DNA of 57,828 nucleotides, counting the filler, from Sphacelaria rigidula (taxonomy: Eukaryota), in assembly GCA_964200075.2 (NCBI GenBank). It is 6 parts of 6 records of this genome, joined end to end, with 100 filler letters (N's around TTAATTAATTAA, not from the genome) between each part and the next. Parts side by side here need not be neighbours in the genome. Positions count along the whole stretch, not along the records: positions 1 to 9,555 come from CAXNAA020008231.1; positions 9,656 to 19,210 come from CAXNAA020008232.1; 4 more parts are not named here. One strand, given 5' to 3'. The position numbers and the translations under genes are program-made. Positions within the stretch are counted from its first letter, which is position 1; every line of letters begins with the position of its first letter. The notes under the pieces were generated by a model, which had not been told where the DNA came from, searched no databases, and saw nothing but the letters and a program-made list of their open reading frames with translations. Positions 1-11,759 of this stretch are shown here, in pieces.

Positions 1-342
1 AACCTCGAAACCTTCTGACGGTTGGATCGTGGGTTCAAATCTCGGAGCGATCTGGAATTTTTTCTGACACCATGCCCAACAGTGGAGAGCGACTACGTCG
101 TGGGTACACAAAATTCGACCTAACGGTCAACGAGGGGAGGGGACTGCTGCACCCCTTTCGCTATGAAGAACTAAAAAGGCAAGTACCGCAGAAGGAAGGT
201 GGGGTACTAACAGCAAACAAAAAAGAAAAAGCTCCTGTGATGACCTTCCTCCTGTGTAACCCCGGCTGGTGTGCCCATATATACCGAAAGGTGTAGACTG
301 GCGTCCAGAATAGATGGGACGACAATACACACACAACACACA
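1..342 (+). mobile_element. tRNA-derived SINE family 2, copy cut at its 5' end by the window edge
   Basis: B-box-like GGTTCAAATCT at 32-42. Body is colinear with the copies at 46941-47316(-) and 25750-26655(-). Ends in a (CA)-rich tail. Confidence 0.75.
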
Positions 343-823
343 CTTTGACTGACCCCCCAGGGATCCAGGCGTGGTCACATGATGGACGTACCCAACAAAA
401 AACACAAGACGGAAAACTCTCGCTGAAGAAAAAAAAAGGAGCAGAGAAAAGTCGAACAGAAAGACATCGTGGAGTATTTTTAAGACGAAAAAAATGAAGA
501 AGAAAAAAAGAACGAAAAGTCAACGAAAGTAAAGCACAGAAAGAAATCGCCGATCTGATATAATCAAAAGAAGAAAGAGAAGGAAGAAAAGAAAAAAAAG
601 CCCTTACAAGAGTATTTGGAAGCTCCAGTGACGTCCAAGGTGCCGTCGACGGGGTATCCTTCTCTACAAATCTGAACACCTTCGAAATTTTCAACATGGT
701 GCGCTTCGGAGATGTCTTCGTGGGGTACGATTTTCCCACAGTTCCGATCACACCATGGAAGCTCTGTCATCCTCACGAAAAAGATCGCTCCCGTTTTTCA
801 GACTCCCTGTTACACGTATTTAC

Positions 824-1157
824 GTCGCCGTTCCCCGGTGGTGTAATGGTCCAGCTGTCGCCATTAGAGTGAGGAGAACGAGGGTTCGATTCCCGATGGG
901 TTGGTTTTTTTCTTCGTAGTATCTGATTTCCACCGTGGAAAGCGTGAGAACGTGAGAACGTGAGTAAACCAAGTAGTCGGCTGAGCTTGTTTGACGTGAA
1001 TTGCCGCGGCGCGAAAGTGTTGATCATGATCCAATCCGCGGGACAAAAGTGCAAGTAGTGCAGCGGGGAGAAAGGGATCGATCCCTTCAGACCACGGACT
1101 CGTCCCGAGGAAGGCGAGGGGTTCAAAGGGCGACAAATAAAAAGATCTAATAAAAAG
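824..1157 (+). mobile_element. tRNA-derived SINE family 1, full-length copy
   Basis: A-box TGGTGTAATGG (~839-849), B-box GGTTCGATTCC (882-892) and an A-rich tail. Near-colinear copy at 9266-9555(-); diverged copies at ~4290-4550, ~5690-5790, ~12085-12385 and ~42750-43190. Confidence 0.75.
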
Positions 1158-1398
1158 AATGGATACGTGAGCATGAGAAAAGCGAAACCCACTGGAGCCG
1201 GAACTCGAGCAAGCCATAGCACAGCACAGAGCAGCTTGCCAAATGGGACGAAGCCCGTGGTCCGTGGCACTCACGATGCTTTCCTCGTGTTGAAAAAAAA
1301 AAAGGTTGGAAAGAAACATATTGCGAAATGGGAGGTGATGTCCTGAACGTTCGTCTTGTCACGATGGTTCCTCGACAGATTATGCTCATGTGCGACGA

Positions 1399-1630
1399 TT
1401 AACCAATCAAACAAGCGATCATTCAATCCGTAGGGCCTTGTAGTAGGAATAATCTAGTTATAGCTGTCCTCTGTTCTCCACACTGACCGTCCATCTTGTG
1501 GCGATGCCTGGATGATTCCTTAACAGATCAAGCTCATGTGCTACAATCAATCATTAAATTTAATCGGTCATTCAGCCAGTAGGGCGTTGTAGGAACAATC
1601 TTGTTATGGCTGTCCTCTGTTATCCACACA
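1399..1630 (+). repeat. Two diverged direct repeats of ~80 bp
   Basis: The block gtagggc..tgtaggaa(t/c)aatct.gttat.gctgtcctctgtt.tccacac occurs at ~1430-1482 and ~1578-1629, each preceded by aatc-rich sequence. Confidence 0.6.
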
Positions 1631-1874
1631 GGGGTAATGTATGCATTGGGCTGTTTTTTTGTTGTCACCCCCCTTCCCCCGCCGCTCTCCCCGGCCTTGT
1701 CCGCATGTCTCGGTAAAAACAGGCTAGATGTTTCGTAGCCGTTCAAGTGAATGTGCAGCAATCAATTAATCAACCAAACAACGAGCTCTTGCAGGAATGA
1801 TCTGTTTTACAGGTATAGCAGAGGTTGTCTGCAAAGAGCAGCATATCCACCCAACATCCTCCCTTCCCCCCCTC

Positions 1875-2020
1875 CCGTCTCGAAAGGGATGCGTGGTCAA
1901 TGGTCAAACGACTAAGGCAAGCAACAAATGAGTACCCCCCCCTCCCCTCTTGTGGTGCTCCGTCTAGAAAGGGATGCGTGGTTAATGGTCAAACGACCTA
2001 GGCAAGCAACATATGAGTAC
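1875..2020 (+). mobile_element. Two tandem copies of the ~66-bp poly-C-associated element
   Basis: Consensus GTGCTCCGTCTCGAAAGGGATGCGTGGTCAATGGTCAAACGACTAAGGCAAGCAACAAATGAGTAC at 1875-1935 and 1955-2020, each followed by a C-run. Confidence 0.85.
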
Positions 2021-2209
2021 GCCCCCCCCTCTTACTGTTGCAAAGCAAGAGAGGGTAGAACTCATAGTGGGGCGAATGTGAACTATACTAGAAGGAACGG
2101 GACGTGATGAAGGAGGAGATGAGAGAAATAAACGAACGTGACATGTAATAATATGGTACATGAGATAGTAGTGTATTATGCACATGAGATAGTAGTGTAT
2201 TCTGTACAT

Positions 2210-2850
2210 GAGATAGAAGCGAGAAAGCGATCGCTGTACTAGGAGACGGATGGTGAAAACAGACGGCGAAACAAGACAGGCATGCGATATGTAAGAACAT
2301 TCTTGTTTAATGTAGGAAAGAAACGTGATGGAGCGACCCACTGTTGGAGGTGTCTCTATTAGGAGGAGGAAACGTACCACGTCTGGAAAGGGATGCGTGG
2401 TCGATGGTCGAACGACTGAGAGAAGCAACAAATGAGGAGGGGAAATGCGAGAAGTTCACGAAGGTGGCATGAAGTCGTTTGATGCATGAGACAGTGTCCA
2501 CTATAACGTTCTGTTCGACTTTTTTTTGTAACTTTCTGTTCCTTCTTCCAGTCTTGTTTTGATTGGTGACATCTATCGTGAGACCACAGCTGGACTCCTG
2601 GGGGGTCAGTTCAAGTGCGACAATCAATCAAATTAGAAAACGGTAGAGAGAAAACGGTGGTGGCTATATTAGGAGATGGGTGGTGGCCACAGACGGCGAA
2701 ACAAGACAAGCTTTCTGTGCAATGTATGGAAGTAACGTAATGAGCGCCGAAATGTTGGACCTGTCTCTATTATAGGTAGGAACGGTGATCCGTCTCGAAA
2801 GGGATGCGTGGTCAATGATCAAATGCGTAATGCAAGAAACAAATGAGTAC
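2210..2850 (+). mobile_element. Two copies (~2210-2435, ~2640-2850) of a ~230-bp repeat ending in the 66-bp unit
   Basis: Shared acagacggcgaaacaagaca...tgtctctatta followed by the 66-bp unit. A third copy lies at ~46440-46658(-). Confidence 0.7.
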
Positions 2851-2907
2851 GCCCCCTCCCCCCTTCCCCCTCCCCTCTTTCCCGTGCCTTGCTCATTGGT
2901 TGGACAG

Positions 2908-3126
2908 ATCTCGGACCTTGCGATACAGCTCGGCTATGAGGGAGCTCCTCCGAGGCTACTCCCGGAAGTAACACAGGAGGATGAGAGCGAGAACGATCGG
3001 CAAGGAGCAGACGATGAGGGGAGCGGGGATGGCGGTAGCACTGATGCAACTGGTGGGGGCCGGCGAAGGGGCTGGCGAGGCCTTTTCGGCTGGGGTCGGA
3101 AGAAAAAAGGACCGCAGACGAAATAA
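2908..3126 (+). CDS. Probable terminal exon of an unidentified gene (ISDLAIQLGYEGAPP...WGRKKKGPQTK*)
   Basis: Pyrimidine-rich tract and ggacag acceptor at 2907, GC-rich open frame to TAA at 3124-3126. No recognisable domain. Confidence 0.55.
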   Translation: MSDLAIQLGYEGAPPRLLPEVTQEDESENDRQGADDEGSGDGGSTDATGGGRRRGWRGLFGWGRKKKGPQTK

Positions 3127-6100
3127 GGAAAGAAGCCGAAAACGCAGACAAAAGCACGACGCATGCGCATTCACACACACACAATATATATATATATATG
3201 TATGTGTATTGAATGTGTGCGTGTGGCATTGATGATGACGACAGAATCAGTACGATACGAAAGATAGCACAGCTCCCTCGTTTTGTTTCGTTTTCGTTTG
3301 TTTGTTTTTTGTCGTCTTTTCCCAATCCCGCGCTTTTTGGGCATCATGCCCGCGGTTGCAAACGCCATATTTTTCCTTGAATTGATTCACACGACGACGA
3401 TATCACAGTGAGACCCTAGATACACCACTGGATGTAGTGGCATGGGGGGCAGTGCCTTATTCGTGCGGTGGGTCACCAGACCGGCATGACCGCACTGTGC
3501 TGGGACCCCCGCACTATACCGGTGTAGCACAATTACTTGATTTTAGTGTAGCGGATCGGGCTTCTGACATGTGATTTTGACGTGCTGTTGTGGCATCCCG
3601 TACCTTGGAGATCCTGCACTGTCGTGGGGCTCCCTACTATACTTGGACCCCGCACTATGCTCGTGTAGTGCAATCAGTTCCTTGACGTTAGTATAGCGGA
3701 GTGGACTGGTGACAAGTAAGTATTGACCGATTGTGTTGAGACCCGTCACTTTAGAGGGCTGTCATGTGGTGGGTTCCTCCTTTTTTGTATTTCGGAAAAA
3801 ATCGCTCCTTTGATTCGAGGAGTATTGCGTGAGTGAGGGTATCGGGAGACGGTAAAGTACGCGGTAGGTGATGTCGGTGCGAAAGTGGTGCCGGCAACTC
3901 GAGAGGAACTGCTCGGCTACAGCGTCGAGGATATAACGACATTTGATGTAAGCGGGGGATGGTGTTCCGAAATGAAGCTTCACGCTTGCAAGGGCAGAAG
4001 CAGCCGCTACGTGCGTGCACCGATGAATGGTGGTGTTTGAGGTTGATGAAGGGTTTCGATCTGTATGTGTGTGTGTGACATGGTTGTTCTCTGTTGTTGC
4101 TGTTTTTACAAGGTGAATGACCGTAGCTGTCCTTGTATTTTGTACTTTGTGCTTTCGGTTTTGAGCTGTGCTGACGTGCTCATGTTTTGGATAATGCAGT
4201 GGCTAGTAGTATGATTGTTCAACTGACACTAGCAGGGAGGGGGGAAGTGCCGGGCCGACTCCCCCCAGAGGTGCCTAGTTTGGTTACTGTGCAGAAGTGT
4301 CTGATTTCCGCCGTTGAAAATGGGAGGACGTACGTGGAGGGCGTACGTACGTGAGTAGAAAGCAGAGCTGGCTTGGCTGAGGTTTCTCGGCGACATATGG
4401 CGCGGTGCGGGAGTATTGATCATGACCCAGTCAGCGATACCAAAATATAAGCGTGTTCCAGGGGATAAGAGGTGGGTTGATCCCTTGAGACCACGGACTC
4501 GTCCCCACGAAGGGGAGGGGTATGAAGTGAAATAAGAACAAAAACAAAAGTAACCGCCGTGAAAAAAAACATGTGTGGACTTCTTTTTTTTTCGCAGAGT
4601 GCACTCGTTTTGGGCTGTTTTTTTTTATGGAGTTCACGTACGTGCAGTGAGAGACAAGGAGAGGTGAGGATTACCAAAAAGGAGGTCGGTCGGGAAGACT
4701 TCTGCCTTTCTCTCCATGTCGAAGAGGAATCCTGTGATTGATCCGCCAGAAGGAAAATCGCAGAAGCTTTTCGAAAAATTCCGTCACATATCTTTGTCCT
4801 CTAGAGTAGCTTTTCGTCTGTTGTAGCCGCATGCCATGCACGTTTCCTCCGTTTATCTCCGCGGTGGGATATGCTGGCATTATGTTTTTGCTGTTACTGT
4901 AGGTGGTGTGGAGCGGGCGTACTGGCTTTTGGTCATTGGATAACCGTGTGTCGTTGCGAGTGAAGTGCGTGAGCATTTTGAGTGCATGTGGTTCCCCTGT
5001 GTAACCCGTTTGTGTTGATTCTGTGTTCGGGGAGGAAGTTCGAAGTTTGATTCCCCACGTTTTTCGCCATATCTCCGGGAGAACCGGGATGCCTCCTACA
5101 GTAGTATGATCATACTCAACAGTGTAATGAGTGATTGATCGCCTGGATTGCTTCTCGTACATGAGCTGACTCGCTACACATCAAGGCGTGGTCAAAAGAC
5201 AGACGCGCCCACCCAGCGTGTACATGAACGGAAACACGACTTCATGGAACCTCGATCGAAAAAAGGGGATACATGAAGAAAAAGGGAAAATCGGATTGAA
5301 TGAAACGAAAGGGTGTGCTCATGGCCTTGCATGCCGTAGTCAAAGGACCATTTTTGTCCTCGCATCCATACATAGCCGGGACAGAGCACACGCGAAACGA
5401 AAGGAGGGGGAGCAGAGGACACATACATGAAATATTGTTTCCGTCATACTGGCTTGAAGTCTCGAACCCACCGTTACAGAGTGCAAGGATCATACGCCCA
5501 GGTCTGACCCTCATCAATTTCGCAAATATAGCCTTTATTTCCTTGACCGCTTGGTTGATTTTGAAATGCTACCCTCGGTGACGTTATTTCAGTGTACAAA
5601 AATGCTCCTGCCGTGAAGATCCAGAAATGTTCGCCGTTATGAAAAGGTTGGCCCTTGACCGCCCGTTCTATTTTTTTGTTCCTCCGTCGCCCTTCCGACT
5701 CCTCCCCTTCCTTGGGACGAGTCCGTCGTCTAATGGTCTCATGGTCTCGGGGTGTGAACCCATTTTCTTCCCCAGTACACGCCTGATATCTTAGCGTCAG
5801 GGGATTATTTTCGACACTCATCCAACACTTATCCAACACCCGGTCAAGCGAGCTCTTTTTATTACTCACATTCTCAAGTTTTTAACGACAGAAATTAACG
5901 ACAGAAATCAGAGATTTGTGAAAAAAGGTGAAACTAGAAGACGCATCTAGTGAGGACGGAATCCTCGCCCCCCTCCCCACCTGATGGGATCAGTTGGAGT
6001 CATGCTGCGATAAAGGAAGAGCAATGGCACGGTAGGGGTGCACTTTGGGTTTTTGGTGTTCTTTGCTGTAGGAATCTCTCGATGACAACCATCTGAGCCG

Positions 6101-6396
6101 TAGTTGAACTTGGGAAAGCTACGCCTCACATGTTTTCTTGGCGCCTCTCTTCTTACTTTCCTTTTAATCATATTGTCTTTCCCTTGTCCGAAAAAAATGA
6201 AATCCAATCAACCATCCAACCACCCATCTTCAAACAATCTTTGATTCATTAATTGATTATTTAATTAAATTATTAATATTATTTTGTTCAGTTAATTGTG
6301 CTTGTTTTTGTGATTTTGTCTGGAGTCTTGGAAAAAAATGACAAGGACTCCATGTCTTCGGAGGAATGGCGGGGATTGTATTGGAGAGACGAGCCT

Positions 6397-6457
6397 ACGT
6401 CTGTGACCACGGGTTCGAGAGATCGGAATAATGTGCGGAAAAAAAATAATAATAATG
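6397..6457 (+). repeat. 3' end of a (TAA)n-tailed retroelement-like repeat
   Basis: cgtctgtgaccacgggttcg(a/c)gagatcgga.taatgtgcggaaaaaa-taataat is shared with an inverted copy at ~38745-38820. Confidence 0.6.
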
Positions 6458-7131
6458 GTATGATAGGCGTGCAGCCTCCAGAAACCCGTGGACTGAAAAG
6501 TGCACCCCTACTGTACCGTGTGGCATTACTCGGGGGGGCTGATTCCACGAAAATAAGGGGATCATAGGTGTGTCAGACGACAAAACACACTCGCGGTGCG
6601 CTCGTATTCGGGTGAGAACGGTGTGTCAAGCAGTATGAATGGGTGTTAGTTCTCGGTAGAAGAAACGTTCGGACAACCGCTGCTGCTTTCAAAGACAGTT
6701 TGGAGTGGAATTTGGTGGAAGAAATGGCCCGCAATCCCCCCCCCCCCCCTATCGTAGCATGATTCGTTAGCTCATTTTAAATTTGTCAACCGGGCGGCGT
6801 CAGCACAAAGGAGCTCTGCTCGGTGTCGCACTCATGTACCGCCAGCAATCCAGCGGCCTCTCCCGACCAGTGAATTACAAACTACTGTATATGCGCCTTT
6901 CTTTTTACGATGGCTGTTCCAGTTTCCTGTCGTAGTGACCATGAGTCCCTTTGGAAGAACCTATCTATAGGTATTTCGTTAGCGTAGATGGGCCGTAGAA
7001 AATATGCATGGGCGGTCAGAGCGAGTTCGATTAAATCAGCTGGAGGTTTAGAGAAGAGGCGTGCACGGAGCACAGCAGCCCCTTGCCATGGTTGATGCAG
7101 GCGGGTATCTGCGCCCCCCCTTCACGCACTA

Positions 7132-7204
7132 GTGCTCCGTCTCGAAAGGGATGCGTGGTCAATGGTCAACCGACTAAGGCAAGCAACAAATGAGCAATGA
7201 GTAC
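7132..7204 (+). mobile_element. 66-bp poly-C-associated element with 14-bp target-site duplication
   Basis: Consensus copy flanked by CCCCCTTCACGCAC at 7116-7129 and 7226-7239. Confidence 0.85.
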
Positions 7205-9265
7205 GCCCCCCCGCCCCCGACCCCGCCCCCTTCACGCACCACTCACCGTATTCACTTTTCTGTCATGTGTGCTCAGGTCTTTCGCTCATGTGCTGGTCGG
7301 TCGGTGCCTTGAGCACTAACATGGCGCGGATGCATGTTTGCGTGGTAACGCCCCCTTCAGCGTGGGCGTTGTCTCTTTCAGCATAAGCAACTAATACGAG
7401 GCCACGGTAATATGATTACGCCTCTGCCGAATCATGAGTATCACCCCCCACCAAAAGCGCTCCGTGTCGAATGGGATGCGTCGTAAATGGTCAAATAACC
7501 AGGCGAGAAACACATGAGTACACAGCCAAAAGTCCACCCATATAGTGAGGGTCGAGGTGGTCGACGGTGACGCACGCCCCTCTGGTACCCAAGCGTTGTA
7601 CCCAAGCAGTGCCTTTTTTATGCGAGTGTTCGGTTGTAGTACGGTTTCTGACGAAATAAAAACCGAAACTACACGATAAGCAGCATGATGCAAAACCGCG
7701 AGACTGCTCATCAAAAATAGCGGGCTGCTCTACAGATGCAGCCGAATCCAAGATTCGCCAATTTAAAGACCTCAAATCACCCCCTCAACATTACTATCCG
7801 ATTGGCTTCCTCGGCTCTCCATATGCCTGTCACTGCAAAGCATGGTAGACAACAAAATGATTTTCCCGAGGAACAGCATGGCCCAGGAGGCGTGCAACTC
7901 GAGTACGAGTACGGCGGGGTTTGGTGAAGTTTGCTTCTTCCACCCACACATCACTCACTCGCTTTAACAGTTCCGCGTACTGCCAGCGCTCGGACCCGAA
8001 CCACAAAATGCCAAGATTAACCTAGAACCCCATGATCCCTTCTTGGTCCATGTGTAACTTTCCAGCGCCATCTTCAGTGCCTTAACCGCGACCAATAATC
8101 CCGCGAATCACCGCAGTATTTGGTTATGATCCGCGGTACCGCGTACGTAAACTTGCGAAATCGAGCACCCATGGACGTCGATACCACGGGAGGTGGTATT
8201 TCCTGTATACCGTGCGGAACATACTGTACCGCCACTCCTTCGGTACCGGAACCGTTCTGTACATCAGACGACGACTACCACACGCGGCGTATTTACCGTG
8301 ATACACCGGGATCGCACCGAGTACCGGACAACACCTCTACTGTACCACGCTGCAGTGACGCAACAAAAAAACATCTGAAATTGCTCATCAAACGTGAGTG
8401 ACCGTAAACACGTGTGCCCCAACGTACGTGCAAAACGTGTGGGTTTTCCCTCCCAAAGCCCCGGAACCCCCCCCCCCCCCATTTTCGAATCTAAGATTCG
8501 CGAAAAAAATACGTCTCCTATTGAAGGGGCAAGCTTGGCCGTACGGGTTCTTCTAGAAAATGCCCCCTTTGGGTTCTCTGGTCGCTACCATCTCGATTTC
8601 CACGATGAGCGTCTCGTCGAACCTCCTCGCCATGCGCCTCGAGGCGCCATAGCCCACGGGCCTTGGCTCCAGCGTCATGTCAATGCAGTCTTCTACCTGC
8701 GGCGGTGAGGTGCGGTATGATTTTGGATAGTTTGGAAAAGGATTCAGGAGAGACCCAGCGGATGATGGTCAGTGACAATTACAAATTCCATCAGAAAAAA
8801 TCAATGTTGAAGGAAGATAATAGTAGAGGGTGAGGAAGATCTCAGCGGGTAAGGAACGATGCACGGTTTGCAAGGTCCGAATCCCAGCAGTTTATTCCAT
8901 AGACATACACGGTCAAGGCACAAAAAAATCCAACAACGTGAATCTAAACGGCCACCACACGCCGTTCGTTGTTCACGGTAAGGTAGTGTGAGTAGGTGAG
9001 AACTGTAGCGACTGGTTGTTTCAGCTTCCCCATCTATTGGTCAACAGTCGTGTGAGTCATCGATCGAGAGCCAAATCCGAACGTGAGACACTACATATTA
9101 CAGCGTGTTCCTACTCTGAAGTACAGTGAGCAAAACCAATCGGACGCCTGGTCGGCCATATACAACCGGTGGTTTCGGCACACGCCCTTAGCCCTTCCCA
9201 AGAGGGAAGGAGAAGCTTGCATGTTACTTGCATTCCTCAACCTCCCCGCGGCGACAATCACAAGT

Positions 9266-9555
9266 ATTTTTTTTTTATCACACTTTGAACCCCTCCCCTT
9301 CCTCGGGATGAGTCCGTCGTCTCAAGGGATCAATCCATCTCTCCCCCGGTACGTGCCTTTTATTTTGATCTCGCGGATTGGGTCAGTACTTCCGCCCCGC
9401 GTCAAGTCACGTCACACAAACCCAGTCGACTACGTTGTTTACTCACGTTCTCACGCTCTCCACAATGGAAATCATACATTACGAAGAAAAAACCCAACGC
9501 ATCGGGAATCGAACCCCTCTTCTCTTCACCCTAATGGCGACAGTCGGACCATCAC
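9266..9555 (-). mobile_element. tRNA-derived SINE family 1, head cut by the fragment end
   Basis: Reverse complement aligns along its length with 843-1140, including the B-box GGTTCGATTCC. Confidence 0.75.
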
Positions 9556-9655
9556 NNNNNNNNNNNNNNNNNNNNNNNNNNNNNNNNNNNNNNNNNNNNT
9601 TAATTAATTAANNNNNNNNNNNNNNNNNNNNNNNNNNNNNNNNNNNNNNNNNNNN
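9556..9655. other. Artificial spacer between fragments
   Basis: N44-TTAATTAATTAA-N44, a palindromic stop-codon linker. Confidence 0.97.
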
Positions 9656-9953
9656 AAGCTTTGGGCATGAGACGGAAAAATCAAATTGTTTTTCTCTTGC
9701 CGAAGAAACATCAAGCACACCAAGGCTGACATCTACAACCCCCCCCCCCCCCCCCCCCCCGTGCGCCCTGAAAGAGTACGAATATTCACTGTGGCGCGCT
9801 CATACCCTCGGTGAAAGAGATCTCCGACACGACCAAGCCCTCAATGCAACCATGACCAGGTCGTCTTGTCTGTACACAGCTGGGCTTCAATCACGCGACC
9901 ATCTTCCATAACGCACCCGCACCCTGTTCGTCGGCACCCCGAGCGGAGACCAA

Positions 9954-11759
9954 TCACCACCGTTCAACATGAAACGGTCCTTCGGCACCCCAACCAGTGC
10001 CCCAAATGCGCTGGTCGGCCCCAAACATCCCGAAAGGGTAGGGTCTCCTGACCCCGCCCCCGCCCCCGCACTCACGCCAATCCACTCGCCCTAAGCCGAA
10101 CGCATCGAACCCACCTCGCTCCCTCTCGATCCCGGCTTTCGGGCCGTGGCACAACATTGCGTTCGAGCGACCAGGGCCGTAAGCCACCGGCTGGGATTCA
10201 GAGATCTGGTGACGCGGGGCTGGGACCACTGCATGGAACCAGGGGAGCCGGGTGTGACCTGGAGCTCTTGCCGTGTCTTTCGGCTTGTAGCTGTCGCCCC
10301 CACTCTTCGGCGGAGTGAGATCCGCGGTGATGGTATTCCGGGACACGATGTTGGTGACCGGCCGAGCTGTAGTGGGTGGGTTGCCGAGTGCGGTCTTTAG
10401 GCAAGCCTTCGCCCTTCTGCCGTCCTGCTGGTGTTTCACACCCCTACGATGCGAAGGCGATGGTAGCGGTGATGACAGTCGCTCATCAACAAGCCCGCGA
10501 TCAGCAGCCGGCGATGCAGGGGCAGCCGGCGTCAGAGAATGGCCATAATCACCGTCGTAGTCTGCACCCATACCCCTGCCACCCACAGTCAACCCCGAAG
10601 CAATAGCCAGGATCGCCATCTCAGCCTTCCTTCTGTTCGTTGCCGATTCCACCATCTCTTTCTCCAGGTCGGCGGCACACATGTAAGAAGGCACACTTGG
10701 TGCGAGTATAGCTTCATAATCGTCCCTCGGCCGTGACAAATCGATCTTCCCACCCCTCCGTCCCTCTCCGTCCCCACCGTGCACCCTTTTGGCTGTCGGC
10801 CGTGACGGAGGCGGCAACGAAACCTTCTCGGTGTCGCACCCGGCCCCCTCACCAGGGGAATCGATGAAGACAAAATGTCCCCAACCACCGCCATCCCACC
10901 CCTGGCCAACGCTTCCGTCGGCCGCCGGCCCGCTCGGCGATACGGGATAGTCACGAGAAGCTGGCGGCGTCGGATGGATAACGTCGGCTGTCGTACGGCA
11001 GTATGGAGCGATTCCCAACAAGCGCTTTAATTTGACCTCCCCTGAGCCCGCCGCCGCCGCCGCCGCCGCCCCGGTCCGAGTGACCGCCGCCACGGGTGCA
11101 GGCTGCAAGACGACTCCATCGGCGCCTGGCGGTGTCGACTGGACGTTCGATTTTGTCGCACGTTCGTGCGACGGGATGCCGATGCGCAAGATGCGCTTCA
11201 GCGCAGCCTCTGCTACCTTCTCCACCTGGACCCCTGCGTCACGAGTAGCGTTTAGCTCCGCCTGATCTTGCTTCACAGCCAGGGCAAAGAACTCGGCTTC
11301 GAGATCGGTCACTTGTAGTACCGATGAGGGCGGTGGTGGCAGTGGCGGCGATGGTGGTGGTGCGGTACCGGCGATGACAGTCGCTGATGCTCCGGTCGCC
11401 GTCGCCATCGCCGGCAATGCCGCCGCCGCCGACGAGTTATTATCGCGGGTGAAGGCTACGTCGTACGCCCCCCACTTCGGATCTGGGCACGAGAAGTGAC
11501 GCTCCTTAAAGCACCGCCACCTTGTGGCGATCCTCGTTGCTGCTCTCGCCACCGCAGACTCTGGCGCTGTTGTTGTCGTGGCCGGTGACGTTGCTTCTTC
11601 TCCTGCCACCGAGGGCATGTGTAGGGCTAAACGGGCGGGCAAGTCTTGGTCGCCCGCGCCTGCCCGCAAACTCCAGCATTTAAACAGGAAAGCGACTTCC
11701 GACGCCGATGGCCGGTTGGTCACCTCTGGGTGAATCATCCTGGATATACACCCGCACAT
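9954..11759 (-). CDS. Protein kinase gene, large 3' exon (subdomain XI plus long low-complexity tail)
   Basis: ctgac branch site and aag acceptor at 11760-11762. Begins MCGCISRMIHPEVTNRPSASEV (subdomain XI pattern), in phase with exon 14827-14922. The frame is open to the stop at 9954, but a gtgagt donor at 10075 may end the exon at 10076. Confidence 0.75.
   Translation of the reverse strand: MCGCISRMIHPEVTNRPSASEVAFLFKCWSLRAGAGDQDLPARLALHMPSVAGEEATSPATTTTAPESAVARAATRIATRWRCFKERHFSCPDPKWGAYDVAFTRDNNSSAAAALPAMATATGASATVIAGTAPPPSPPLPPPPSSVLQVTDLEAEFFALAVKQDQAELNATRDAGVQVEKVAEAALKRILRIGIPSHERATKSNVQSTPPGADGVVLQPAPVAAVTRTGAAAAAAAGSGEVKLKRLLGIAPYCRTTADVIHPTPPASRDYPVSPSGPAADGSVGQGWDGGGWGHFVFIDSPGEGAGCDTEKVSLPPPSRPTAKRVHGGDGEGRRGGKIDLSRPRDDYEAILAPSVPSYMCAADLEKEMVESATNRRKAEMAILAIASGLTVGGRGMGADYDGDYGHSLTPAAPASPAADRGLVDERLSSPLPSPSHRRGVKHQQDGRRAKACLKTALGNPPTTARPVTNIVSRNTITADLTPPKSGGDSYKPKDTARAPGHTRLPWFHAVVPAPRHQISESQPVAYGPGRSNAMLCHGPKAGIERERGGFDAFGLGRVDWRECGGGGGVRRPYPFGMFGADQRIWGTGWGAEGPFHVERW

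Noticed and set aside
72-405. ORFs resembling ORFs at ~46943-47196
   Set aside because: The similarity comes from SINE family 2 copies and is not protein conservation.
564-810. Exon-like stretch between two SINEs
   Set aside because: No acceptor/donor/frame combination gave a consistent open exon on either strand.
833-905. Possible tRNA gene
   Set aside because: Has A and B boxes but no convincing acceptor or anticodon stems, and continues into a ~250-bp body shared by dispersed copies, so it is a SINE head.
1875-2020. CRISPR-like repeat-spacer pattern from tandem 66-bp units
   Set aside because: Only pairs of units, too long for CRISPR repeats, separated by C-runs rather than unique spacers, in a eukaryotic context with no cas genes.
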